A DNA stretch of 64,000 bases from Azolla caroliniana. Taxonomy: Eukaryota > Plantae > Polypodiophyta. Shown here in pieces: positions 53,501 to 63,320 of the stretch. Each line of letters starts with the position of its first letter. Position 1 is the stretch's first letter. A model generated the notes under the pieces. It was not told where the DNA came from and made no database searches. It saw nothing but the letters and a program-made list of their open reading frames with translations. The stretch is from positions 23,188,001 through 23,252,000 of the forward strand of contig JBHGNT010000001.1 in the NCBI GenBank assembly GCA_043228905.1, read 5' to 3'. The position numbers and the translations under genes are program-made.

Positions 53501-54910
53501 GTGGAGCGAGCCACCCTCTCGACACGCAGAGAAGGAAGACCCGGGATAGGGTCGGAAAGACGGGAGGCCCAAGGAGGATCCTTCACACCAATCTAGAGAG
53601 GTTCGGCGGTCAGCAGCGGAGCTGACGTAAGACCAAGAGACTGACGGTGGCGGCAAGGGGATGAGGGCAAAGGCAGCGATAGGACGGTCCTATGGGATCC
53701 TCACACCGATCCAGAGACACCGGCAGTACAAGCCGACATGGCAACGTGAGATCGAGTGAGAAGGAAGGTGGCGGCAGGAAAAGGGAACCGGTGATGCAGG
53801 AAGTGTGGATGGGCGATCTTATGACGATCCTCACACCGATCTAGAGACTCCGGTAGTCGACCCAAGAGCCGGCATGAGACCTAGAAAGAAGGACGGTAGT
53901 GGCAGGTGAACGGGATCCGACAAAGCAAGGGCCGAAAGAACGGAAAGAGGTATCAGGCCGGCGACGTGGCCACGAACAAGATACTGACTTGACCGACAGA
54001 GTCGGCAAGACAAAGATCGGACGCACTCGGTACACCAGTCGATGACCCAACAAATCGGAGGCCCAAGAAGGATCCTTTACATGTGTATGGAGACCCCGAC
54101 AGTTTGGCCGACGTGGCAATGAGGGTAATGGAAGGTGGCGGCAAGGTGACGGCAAGGTGACGGCAAGGTGACGAAGGTGGCAACATCGGAAGCACTGAAT
54201 AATTGAGGTGTCATGCAAGAAGAAAGTGGCCAAGCAGGCTACTACGTGGTGTTCCTCGAACGCGGAGGACACCGGTACGCGGAGAGGCGGCGATGCACGA
54301 TCTAGCCAGGCGAGGGCCCGACGACGCGTGCATGGGAAGTAACCGGAGTTCGGAACGGGCATAGCCGAACACGGGAAGGGGATGCGCGGCACACAGAGGT
54401 GCCAGAGCGGGAATACAGGCACAAAGATGGGTTGTCGGTCCAGGTGATCTCGCGTAGAAGGCCGGAGAGGGATCCTCCACACTGGTTCCGGAGACCTTAG
54501 CAGTTCGGCCGTTGTGGCAATGTATGACCAAGGAGAAGGTAGGTGGCGGCAAGGGGACTAAGGCGGTGAAGATCAGTACGGAATGTGAATCGGGACGACG
54601 CGAAGGTCGATGGAGGCCAAGCGGGCCATCACGGGTGCTCCTCGGACAGAGGACATAGCGTATCCGAAGGAATGAGAAGCGTGCATGCGGTCGATAGAAG
54701 GGCCAACGGGGAAGCACGCACACTACGGGATCACGACGAATGGCCTATCGACAGGTCGAACAAGCCTACGGGGAGGCAAACGTGGAGAAGGAACCGGGGC
54801 CGACGGTTCGGACCGGCGAGGCCTACGCAACAGTCAGAATGCGGATTACGGAAGACCGGTTCCTCACCGGCCGGAATCTCTCACCCTTCACCGAACTTGG
54901 CACGTACTGG
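50533..54910 (+). mobile_element. Gag-only (TR-GAG/LARD-like) non-chromoviral Gypsy element, Phygy-like, copy 1
   Basis: 5' LTR 50533-51446 (TGTCGTG...CGCGACA); PBS TGGTGAACCTGACGTGAA at 51451-51468. Decayed gag VGYFNGDKVPFYLEPYTAEM...SSWEAFEEALLQAY, then a GC-rich repeat array. No PR/RT/INT motifs up to the point about 25 bp before the PPT where copy 2 is inserted. Confidence 0.75.
51451..51468 (+). promoter_or_regulatory. Primer-binding site complementary to the 3' end of tRNA-Trp
   Basis: TGGTGAACCTGACGTGAA versus TGGTGAACCCGACGTGAA expected from plant tRNA-Trp (one mismatch, G-U compatible); begins after a 4-nt spacer following the LTR end. Confidence 0.8.
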
Positions 54911-57900
54911 TGTCGTGGTATTCCGCGGGTACATGTAGGATCCAAGGTAGGACCGCGGGGGTCTTGGACCAGGGAGTAGAGGGTACCAGGAGACTGACTC
55001 CCTTCGTGGCCAACCGCACCAGAGTAGCACAAAACCGGAATGTTATTGGTTTGGGTACAGGAGGCTGCTGAGCAGAAAAGAGGGCGAGATGGATAGAGAG
55101 AGAGAGCACGCACACACACAACATTGGCCTAACTCACGCCCTTATGTACAGAAATGAAAGAAAGAGAACACTAAAGATACCCACACAAGCACCGAAACGC
55201 AGAACCTTCCACATGTAAATTTACAAGAACAAGCTACAATACCGGTTTCGAGCCGGACCTAGGAAGCTCAAGATACAACGATTGTCTACTGCCAAGCCGC
55301 TGGTTAGGGAGCTCTCAAGCTCATTGCGCCTAGCGGGGTCTTGCGCAGGAGACAAGGCTGAAACAGAACCGCTAGATGTGAGGACTCGCTCGCACAAAAC
55401 GACGAAGAAGAAGCAGAACTAGATGAAACCCTAGGCAAGAGAAAATCAAGAGAGAAAATAAAGAGAGAAAATAAAGAGAAAGAAAACTAACTTACTTCGA
55501 ACCTAACGGTATACCCTTCTAACTCAAAATGGGCAAGCCCTCTACAAGGGACCCTCCCTTCCTTTTATAGAACAAGGAGATGGATGCGTTACAATGTGGG
55601 ATAAATCCTGAATTACATGGGATTCTCTGTCCCGACTTGACTCCTACTCGGCGCCCCTATTATTCACACGTTTTTACAAGGGTAAGTGCACATGATGCAC
55701 TCCACCGATTCTTCCGATATTCCCCGGTTTCTCACCATGGCCCGTGTTAGGATCTCGGTCCCTCCGAATGGGATATGGAGTACCCGACAATGGATGATGC
55801 AGACCCGGTGAGAACCGGATGTGGAGTACCCGACAACGGATGTTGTAGGCTCGGTGAGAACCTCTCGCCAGATGAAGGGACATATATGTAGATATGTTTT
55901 TGAGAGCCCATTGGAGCTATATCTGTAAATAGTCCTAATGTCATATTAGTATAAATGTGACCTAGGGCAAACAATGTTTATTATTATCATTCCTGATAGT
56001 TGCTGTTATCATCTTCATATAGTGTGATCAAGTGTAACAACTGTACATAAAGAAAGAGAGAGAGAGAGAGAGTGATACAGAGCATGTCTCTGTTGTAACC
56101 GCCGCCAGACGAAGATTGTGAGCAGGAGGTCGTTGCCTCTGTGCTCCTTGTTGTACTCATTGCATAATGATAGTTTGGAGTCTGTGGACTCCCATGGTTT
56201 TTCCCTCTCGGGGGTTTTCCACGTTAACATCCTGTGTATTCTCTTTCTGTTCGTGTACTTACCTCCATTCCCATTTCTTCTGTGTTTGATTGTCATCAAG
56301 TGATCTATGCTTTAGTTGTGGCCGGAGATTATTCCGCACATTTCTTAACAGCTTGGAATCTTCATGACATCTGCCCCCACCAAACCGCATGTCCACCGGT
56401 ACGTGCCAAGTTCGGAGAAGGGTGAGAGATTCTAGCTGGTGAGGAACTGGTCTTCCGTAATCTGCATTCTGGCTGCGCGTTGGCTTCGCCGGTCTGAACC
56501 GTCGACTCCGGTTCCTTCTCCGCGTTTGCCTCTCCGTAGGCTTGTTCGACCCATCGACAGGTCATTCCCCGCGATCCCGTAGTGCGCGTGCTTCCCCGTT
56601 GGCCCTTCTTTCGACCGCATGCACGCTTCTCGTCCCTTCGGATACACGGTGTCCTCCGTTCGAGGAGCACCCGTGATGGCCCGCTTGGCCTCTGTCGACC
56701 TTCGCGTCGTCCCGGTTCTCGTTCCACACTGATCTCCACTGCCTTCGTCCCCTCGCCGCCACCTACCTTCTCCTTGGTCTTACGTTGCCACGACGACCGA
56801 ACTGCCAAGGTCTCCGGAACCAGTGTGGAGGATCCCTCTCCGGCCTTCTACGTGAGATCACCTAGACCGGCAACCCATCTTTGCACCTGTATTCCCGCTC
56901 TAGCACCTCCGTGTGCCGCACATTCCCTTCTCGTGTTCGGCTCCACCCGTGCCGAACTCCGGTTACTTCCCATGCATGTGTCATCGGCCCTCGCCCGGCT
57001 AGATCGTGCATCGTCGCTTCTCTGCATACCGGTGTCCTCCGCTTCCGAGGAACACCCCGTAGTAGCCCGCTTGGCCACTTTCGTCTTCTGCTGCTGCCAC
57101 CGGTTCGGAGCCTTCCGCTTGGCGTCGTCCCTTCGCCCCCACTAGCTTGTTACCTCGGGTTTGGCCTGCCACGCTAGTCGTTGCCACTCCAACTGAGCCG
57201 TCGAGATCTCCGAAGCTGGTGTGGAGGATCCTTCTCCAGCCCTCGATCCTGTTCCCGGTCTCCAATCCGTGCAGTCTGTTACGCCCCGTGCTCTCGTTCC
57301 CGGCATCGCCGTGCACTGTCTTCCGCCTTCCTTGTTCGGCACCACCTGTGCCGAACACCGTCCTGTACCCGTGCTTTGCTTTGGCCCTTGCTGGCCACTC
57401 GCATGTCTCTTGCTCCACTCTCAAGTGTGTCCTTTCCAGCTCGGCACACCGTTCTTTGAGTGGGTGTCCCCGATAGCTTACCGGAAGATCACCCTCGCCG
57501 TGTCCCGGCCTGCATGGCCTCCTTCGTTCGCGTGACGCCTCGGCTATTCGGTGCTTTTGTTGTTGCTGCCTTCGTCCCCTTGCCGCCACCTTCCATTGCC
57601 CTTGATTTCACATTGCCACGTCGGCCAAACTGCCAGGGTCTCAAGACAGGTGTGAAGGATCCTTCTTGGGCCTCTGATTTGTTGGGTCACCGACTCGTGT
57701 ACCGAGCGTGTTTGATCTTTCTCTCGCCGACTCTACCGGTCGGGTACGTATATGGTTCGTGGCCACGTCGCTGGCCTAATACCTCCTTCTGCTCTTTCGG
57801 CCCTTGCTTTAACGGATCCCGTTCACCTGCCGCCACCGTCCTTCTCTCTAGGTCTCACGCCGACTCTTGGGCCAATTGCCGGAGTGTGTGGATCGGTGTG

Positions 57901-59286
57901 AGGACCCCATAGGACCGTCTTCTCGTTGCCTTTGCCCTCGTCCCCTTTCCGCCACCGTCAGTCTCTTGGTCTTACGTCAGCTCCGCTGCCGACTGCCGAA
58001 GTCTCTAGATCCGGTGTGAAGGATCCTCCTTGGGCCTCCCGTCTTTCTGACCCTATCCTGGGTCTTCCTTCTCAGCATGTCGAGAGGGTGGCTTGCTCCA
58101 CACCCTCTCCCGTGGTACCGATGTACCATGCTCCGGCCTCTCCGTAGGCCTGCTTCTTCCTCCCTTCCGGATCGGTTATCCCGAAGTCCGCTACGCCTGG
58201 TTCTCGTCCGGGTCCGTTTGTAACTCAGCATTGCCGGGTCCCGTTCTCCTGCCACCACCATTAGTATCTTGGTCTTACGTCGCCTCCGCTGTCGACTACC
58301 GAAGTCTCTAGCCTGGTGTGACGTGACCCATAGGACCGGTCTTCCTTCTTCGCCTCCGGATTGGTTGTATTGGCTGTGACCTCCGCGTCCTCGCCGCCAC
58401 TTTCCGTATCTTAGGTCTGCCGTTGGTTTTCGGACGCAACCACCTAAGTCTCAGGAACGAGTGTGGAGGACCCATACTTCAGTCAATTGCCTCTTTCGTT
58501 TCTCCCCGCCGCTGTCCACCTCTTTCCTTGTGCTTCCCCACTATCTCCCTTCTCTTTCGGTCTCACGTTGCCAAGCCGGCCAAACTACCAAAGTCTTCGG
58601 TCAAGATGTGGGGATACTAATTTTGTAACGACTCCCGATGACTTGTCCCAGATCACTGACCCTTTTAGTGGTGTTAGTGGAAAGCATCCACTCTATGATC
58701 GATGAAGCCCTACCTGGGCTTGATTCTCCAATGTCCGGAGTTTCGGCTCCAATGCCGATCCCATCGGCCTTGTTCTATACTCTCGATCATCTTCTTCTGG
58801 ATTCCCAACCTTCGCCCGGCCAGTCTTTCTCCCCATGTAAAAGAGGGTGGCTCGTCCTGCACCTTCTCTCGTATCGGCACCTTCATACCGAACCTTGCCC
58901 CTGTCGAAAGATCCACATCCGGATCGTGCTCCACCCGAATCGGAACGCCGACCAATTTGTTCCCTGATTGGGTCGACTTCCGATTCCGCTCCCTTCGGTG
59001 CCGACTCTCATTTCCCCTTTCGTTTCTGCCGCGGCTCCGTCCTCGACCTCCTCTCATGCCGTTTCCCATCTATCTTTGTTGGCATCCTGCTAGGACTCCT
59101 CGCTGGCGCCTTCCATCTCTCTGGTCTTATGTCGGCACACGAGCTCAACTGCCGGAGTCTCCGGAACCTACGTGGAGGGCTCTTCTCCGCTCCCGACCTC
59201 CTCCTTGGACGGTCTTTCTCCGCAAGTCGAGAGGGCGTCTCGCTCCACACTGTCTCCCGTGGTACCGTGGTACCATTCCTTGGTCT
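54911..59286 (-). mobile_element. Copy 2 of the same gag-only family, in opposite orientation (3' LTR 54911-56369 plus internal repeat region)
   Basis: 56370-59286 is the reverse complement of ~52322-54910. Minus-strand PPT GGTGGGGGCAGA is followed by TGTCATGAAGATTC, matching the copy-1 LTR start. 54911-55744 is the reverse complement of the copy-1 LTR. Confidence 0.85.
55745..56350 (+). mobile_element. Copia-type solo LTR (606 bp) nested in the 3' LTR of copy 2
   Basis: Termini TGTTAGGA...TCTTAACA; flanks GCCCG and GCTTG (TSD differing by two C>T changes); TATA AGTATAAAT ~55948; GGGGTTTTCCACGT...TTATTCCGCA tail. Confidence 0.75.
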
Positions 59287-59440
59287 TGTCAGAACCAAGG
59301 ATAAAAGATAGAGTGATGGAAGAAGGATAGAGAAGAATGGATGTATAAGATAGAGAAAGAAAGAGAATGGATACAAGATATGTAATGAGAGCTAAAGACT
59401 GGTGTTGATTCGAATTGATTTGAGAATACATGTATGCGCT

Positions 59441-59546
59441 TATTTATAGGTTCCTATAGAATAGCTTAGAGGTTTCTAGAATGTTCTAGAATGTTCTAGA
59501 CCTAGAATGCTCTAGGACATTCTAGAACATTCTAGAATAATCTAGA
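59441..59546 (-). promoter_or_regulatory. LTR promoter: TATA box plus heat-shock-element (nGAAn/nTTCn) array
   Basis: TATAAATA on the minus strand at 59448-59441; TTCtaGAAtgTTCtaGAAtgTTC at 59474-59496; a second cluster with TTCtaGAAcaTTCtaGAA at ~59520-59537. Confidence 0.75.
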
Positions 59547-59679
59547 GTTTTTACAATAATCAATGTAATACAAGAAGTAGCTTTTATTGTTTCATATAAC
59601 AATAAGCTATCTTAATGGTTGAGGTTTTCAAGTATGAATTACAAGGTTCGAGGTTCAAGTCCGGGTGACGCCATAATGG

Positions 59680-62600
59680 TCATGTGTTCATGACACTATC
59701 CCTCCTTCGAGAACGCCGAGTGGAAGTCGGCGTTAACATTGTTGGGCCGGGCTTGTTTGGATAGTGACGATGGAAGTCGTTGACCAGAGCTTCAGCATTA
59801 CAAACGTTATCGATGGGTTCCCAAGTGCGATCACTCGGAGGATAACCAAGCCAATCAACTAGATAATAAAGCTTATTGCGCACAATCTTAGAATCGAGAA
59901 TAGCAGCTACCTCGTATTCGGGGCTGTCCACAAGTTGTACAGAAGGCGGTGGTGGCACGACACGATCAGGAATTAAAGAGGTGTGGCAAGGTTCCAAAAG
60001 AGAGCTATGAAAGACAGGGTGAAGCCGCATATGTGCAGGAAGGTTAAGACGAAATGTTGCATCATTAATCTGCGCCGTGATGACAAAAGGACCTAAGCGT
60101 TGATAATCAAGCTTAGCACATGGTTGGGTAGTCTTGATGTGACGACGAAGCAACCATACACGGTCACCAACCTTAAACGGAGACTTAAGACGATGTCGAT
60201 CGGCATTGGTCTTATGGTGTGCTTGCGCTTTCTGAAGATGTGACGATAACTCGAACTGGATTTGTTGTAGTCGGTGGAGGTGATGCGCCGCACTAGGGTT
60301 TCGTGACCCCTCGGGAAGATCCAGTATACACCATCGAGGGTGGTTGCCGGTGTAGGCAAAGAAAGGTGTAACTTTGGTAGAAGAGTGGACCATGTTGTTG
60401 TATGCAAACTCAGCAAGATGTAAAATTTTACTCCAATCATCTTGTTGATAACTAATGAAACATTGAAGATATTGCTCGAGCGTTTGATTTGTGCGCTCTG
60501 TTTGTCCGTCAGTTTGTGGATGATAAGCCGAAGAGAGTTTGCAAGAGATTTTGAGGCCTGCCCATAGGTGCTTCCAAAAGTGTGAGATAAATTGAGGACC
60601 TTGATCGCTAATAATATCATTCGGGAGACCATGATGGCGAAACACTTCACGCATAATGAGAACTGCAGTTTCTTCACTATTGATGGTCTTTACACATGGT
60701 ACAAAATGTGCCATCTTGGTGAACCGATCCACTACTGTTAAAATAGTATCAAAGCCTTTGGAAGGTGGCAGATCCGTAATGAAATCCATAGAAATAGACT
60801 GCCATGGCTTGTTGGGAGGGGGTAATGGTTGTAGTAAGCCATAAGGGTGATGCCGGGGTATTTTGGCGCGACAGCAGGTGTCACAAGTGCGAACATAATC
60901 TTCGACAAATTTTTGCAAGTGAGGCCACCAAAACAAACGTTTCACCAGCTCAATGGTCTTGGAAATACCAAAATGTCCAGCCATGGGGGCATCATGACAA
61001 TGTTCCAACACTTGAAGTCGGGGTGATCCGTCGGGGACGTAAAGGAGATTCTTGTAGAAGAGTAAACCATCTTGCCACTTGAAGTCCTGATAATGTTGAG
61101 ATGACCCTGGCAATGTGGAGCAAGATGGACGACTTGAACCACAGTGGGCTAAGACATCCTTAGCAAAATCATCCGAATGAAGTTGTTGCCGAATAGTGTC
61201 AAGAAGGGTAGAATCAAGTGGTGTGGCATAAATTGTTGTTACCTGTAGCTTTGATGGCCCGAGGAGAGTTTGCTTTTGATTGTCAAAGGCTGGATCTCCA
61301 GGTCGAAGTGCTAGATACGAACGCCGAGACAGAGCATCTGTTTTCCCTTGTTGTTTTCCGGGGCGAAAAATGATCTTGAAATCGAAACGCGTTAGAAATT
61401 GGGCCCACCGAGCTTGTCGTCTATTTAATACTCGAGCTGTTTGAAAATATGTGAGATTTTTGTGATCACTATAAATGATAATCTGATGAGGTGATCCTTC
61501 TAGAAAATGACGCCATTGCTCGAATGAGTCGACCACAGCTAGTAACTCCTTGTCATGCACCTCATAGTTTATCTCCGAAACAGTAAACTTTCTCGAGTGA
61601 AACGCGACTGGATGTATCTGCCCGTCCTCGCCTGGTTGCGATAGGATACTCCCCAATGCAAAGTCTGATGCATCCGCCTCCATAGTAAATGGCTTTTCAG
61701 GATCAATATGTGCTGGGATGGGTGCTGATGTGAATGCCTCTTTTAGCTGCGTAAAAGCCTTGTCCGCTTCGATACTCCCAAAAAATGCTTGAGTTTTCTT
61801 GGTGAGTTGAGTAAGGGGCAACACAATGCTTGAATAATTATGTATGAATTTGCGATAGAAGTTCGCAAATCCGAGGAAACACTGGACATCCCGAACTGAG
61901 CATGGGGGTTTCCATTCCAATATTGTTTGGACTTTTGCCGGGTCCATGAAAACACCCTGGGATGAAATAGTGTATCCCAAAAATTCGACTTGTTTGCAAT
62001 CAAAACTGCATTTCTCAAGTTTGGCGTAAAGACCATACTTCCTTAGGCGTTCAAGTACTTGCTGCACATGTATATCATGCTCCCCCTGTGTTTTAGAGTA
62101 AATCAATAGATCATCTAGGTAGATGATTAGAAAAATATCCAAGAAATCCCGGAAGATGTCATTTGCCATATGTTGGAATACGACAGGTGCATTTGTGAGC
62201 CCGAAAGGCATGACTGTATACTCGAAATGACCATACTGAGTACGAAATGTTGTTTTCCACTCATCTCCCGGCCGAATTCGAACAAGATTATATGCACCCC
62301 TTAGATCAATTTTGGTAAAATGCTTTGCCCCACCAATGCGTTCTAAGAGATTGGAGATTAAAGGTAAAGCATACCTATTCCTTATGGTGACTTTATTTAA
62401 ACCTCGATAGTCCACGACCAAACGAAGGGAGCCGTCCTTTTTCTTCACAAAAAAGATAGGAGCACCAGCTGGAGACTTTGAATGTCGAATAAACCCATGT
62501 GCAAGATTTTCCTCGATGTATTCTCGAAGAACCTCAAGCTCAGTGGGTGATAAATTGTAAATCGGACCCCACGGAGGCTCTTTTCCTGGTTGGAGATCAA

Positions 62601-63309
62601 TAGGACAGTCGTACGGCCGATGCTTTGGAAGAACACTAGCTTTGACTTTGTCGAAAACATCAGCATAGTCTTGATATTTTTTGGGAATTTGGATGTCTGA
62701 ATTCCCTTGAGTGACACTAGAAGGTGTCACTGATACTGCAAACAAGAAAAGGTCCTCCTTGCCTCCCACTTGGTGCAATTGTTGCAATGTGATGGCTGAA
62801 ATTTGATGAGAAGGATATGGTGCATCGGTAGAACTATATACTTTGGGAGGATAATCCCGAGTTCGATCCTTGACAATGATATTTTCTGCTAAAGGGCACC
62901 TAATTTCTCGCTTCCTCCAATCGATTCTAGGGTTATGTAGCTCGAACCATGGCAAACCGAGGACAATTGGATGCTCAGGACTACGGATTATGTTAAAGGA
63001 AACTACACATCCTAAATCACCCAAGAGTATGTGTATTGGCTCAGACTCTTCAAATATCTTCCCGGAAGCTATGGGGCGTCCATCAATCACTACTACGGAA
63101 ACTGGAGAAGGAAGTGTATGCAAGGATATTTGGTGTTTTTGGGCAAAATCTCTATCCATGAAACAAGAATTGGCTCCAGTATCTAAGAGGGCTTGGACTT
63201 GAAGTTGACAACTGGGTGTCCTAACTTGTACTAGGGCTGAGAAGACTCTACTAACATGCTTGGAAGAAATGGAACCCACACTAGGTTGTACATATCTAGG
63301 GTTGTCCAA
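59680..63309 (-). CDS. pol: Retrotransposon Pol polyprotein (PR-RT-RNase H-INT-chromodomain), uninterrupted 1209-codon frame
   Basis: LLDTGAN, YLDD, EADASDFALG, HDAPMAGH...CDTC, SMDFITDLP...SDQGPQF...QTERTN, GPF module, EYEVAAILDS...YLVDWLGY...TWEP. No AUG at the frame start; likely expressed by frameshift. Confidence 0.95.
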   Translation of the reverse strand: MDNPRYVQPSVGSISSKHVSRVFSALVQVRTPSCQLQVQALLDTGANSCFMDRDFAQKHQISLHTLPSPVSVVVIDGRPIASGKIFEESEPIHILLGDLGCVVSFNIIRSPEHPIVLGLPWFELHNPRIDWRKREIRCPLAENIIVKDRTRDYPPKVYSSTDAPYPSHQISAITLQQLHQVGGKEDLFLFAVSVTPSSVTQGNSDIQIPKKYQDYADVFDKVKASVLPKHRPYDCPIDLQPGKEPPWGPIYNLSPTELEVLREYIEENLAHGFIRHSKSPAGAPIFFVKKKDGSLRLVVDYRGLNKVTIRNRYALPLISNLLERIGGAKHFTKIDLRGAYNLVRIRPGDEWKTTFRTQYGHFEYTVMPFGLTNAPVVFQHMANDIFRDFLDIFLIIYLDDLLIYSKTQGEHDIHVQQVLERLRKYGLYAKLEKCSFDCKQVEFLGYTISSQGVFMDPAKVQTILEWKPPCSVRDVQCFLGFANFYRKFIHNYSSIVLPLTQLTKKTQAFFGSIEADKAFTQLKEAFTSAPIPAHIDPEKPFTMEADASDFALGSILSQPGEDGQIHPVAFHSRKFTVSEINYEVHDKELLAVVDSFEQWRHFLEGSPHQIIIYSDHKNLTYFQTARVLNRRQARWAQFLTRFDFKIIFRPGKQQGKTDALSRRSYLALRPGDPAFDNQKQTLLGPSKLQVTTIYATPLDSTLLDTIRQQLHSDDFAKDVLAHCGSSRPSCSTLPGSSQHYQDFKWQDGLLFYKNLLYVPDGSPRLQVLEHCHDAPMAGHFGISKTIELVKRLFWWPHLQKFVEDYVRTCDTCCRAKIPRHHPYGLLQPLPPPNKPWQSISMDFITDLPPSKGFDTILTVVDRFTKMAHFVPCVKTINSEETAVLIMREVFRHHGLPNDIISDQGPQFISHFWKHLWAGLKISCKLSSAYHPQTDGQTERTNQTLEQYLQCFISYQQDDWSKILHLAEFAYNNMVHSSTKVTPFFAYTGNHPRWCILDLPEGSRNPSAAHHLHRLQQIQFELSSHLQKAQAHHKTNADRHRLKSPFKVGDRVWLLRRHIKTTQPCAKLDYQRLGPFVITAQINDATFRLNLPAHMRLHPVFHSSLLEPCHTSLIPDRVVPPPPSVQLVDSPEYEVAAILDSKIVRNKLYYLVDWLGYPPSDRTWEPIDNVCNAEALVNDFHRHYPNKPGPTMLTPTSTRRSRRRDSVMNT

Positions 63310-63320
63310 CCAAATGGCTC

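Noticed and set aside
52428-54507. Repeat-spacer pattern resembling a CRISPR array
   Set aside because: Repeats are degenerate, spacers are 100-550 bp and related to each other, no cas genes are present, and the context is a plant LTR element.
50533-55744. Inverted terminal repeats suggesting a DIRS/tyrosine-recombinase element
   Set aside because: The right arm is the 3' LTR of a second, oppositely oriented copy with its own PPT at ~56370. There is a normal tRNA PBS and no YR or RT coding sequence.
51800-59376. Dozens of overlapping 60-280 aa ORFs on both strands
   Set aside because: Expected by chance in GC-rich, stop-poor repeat DNA; frames are not conserved between the two copies.
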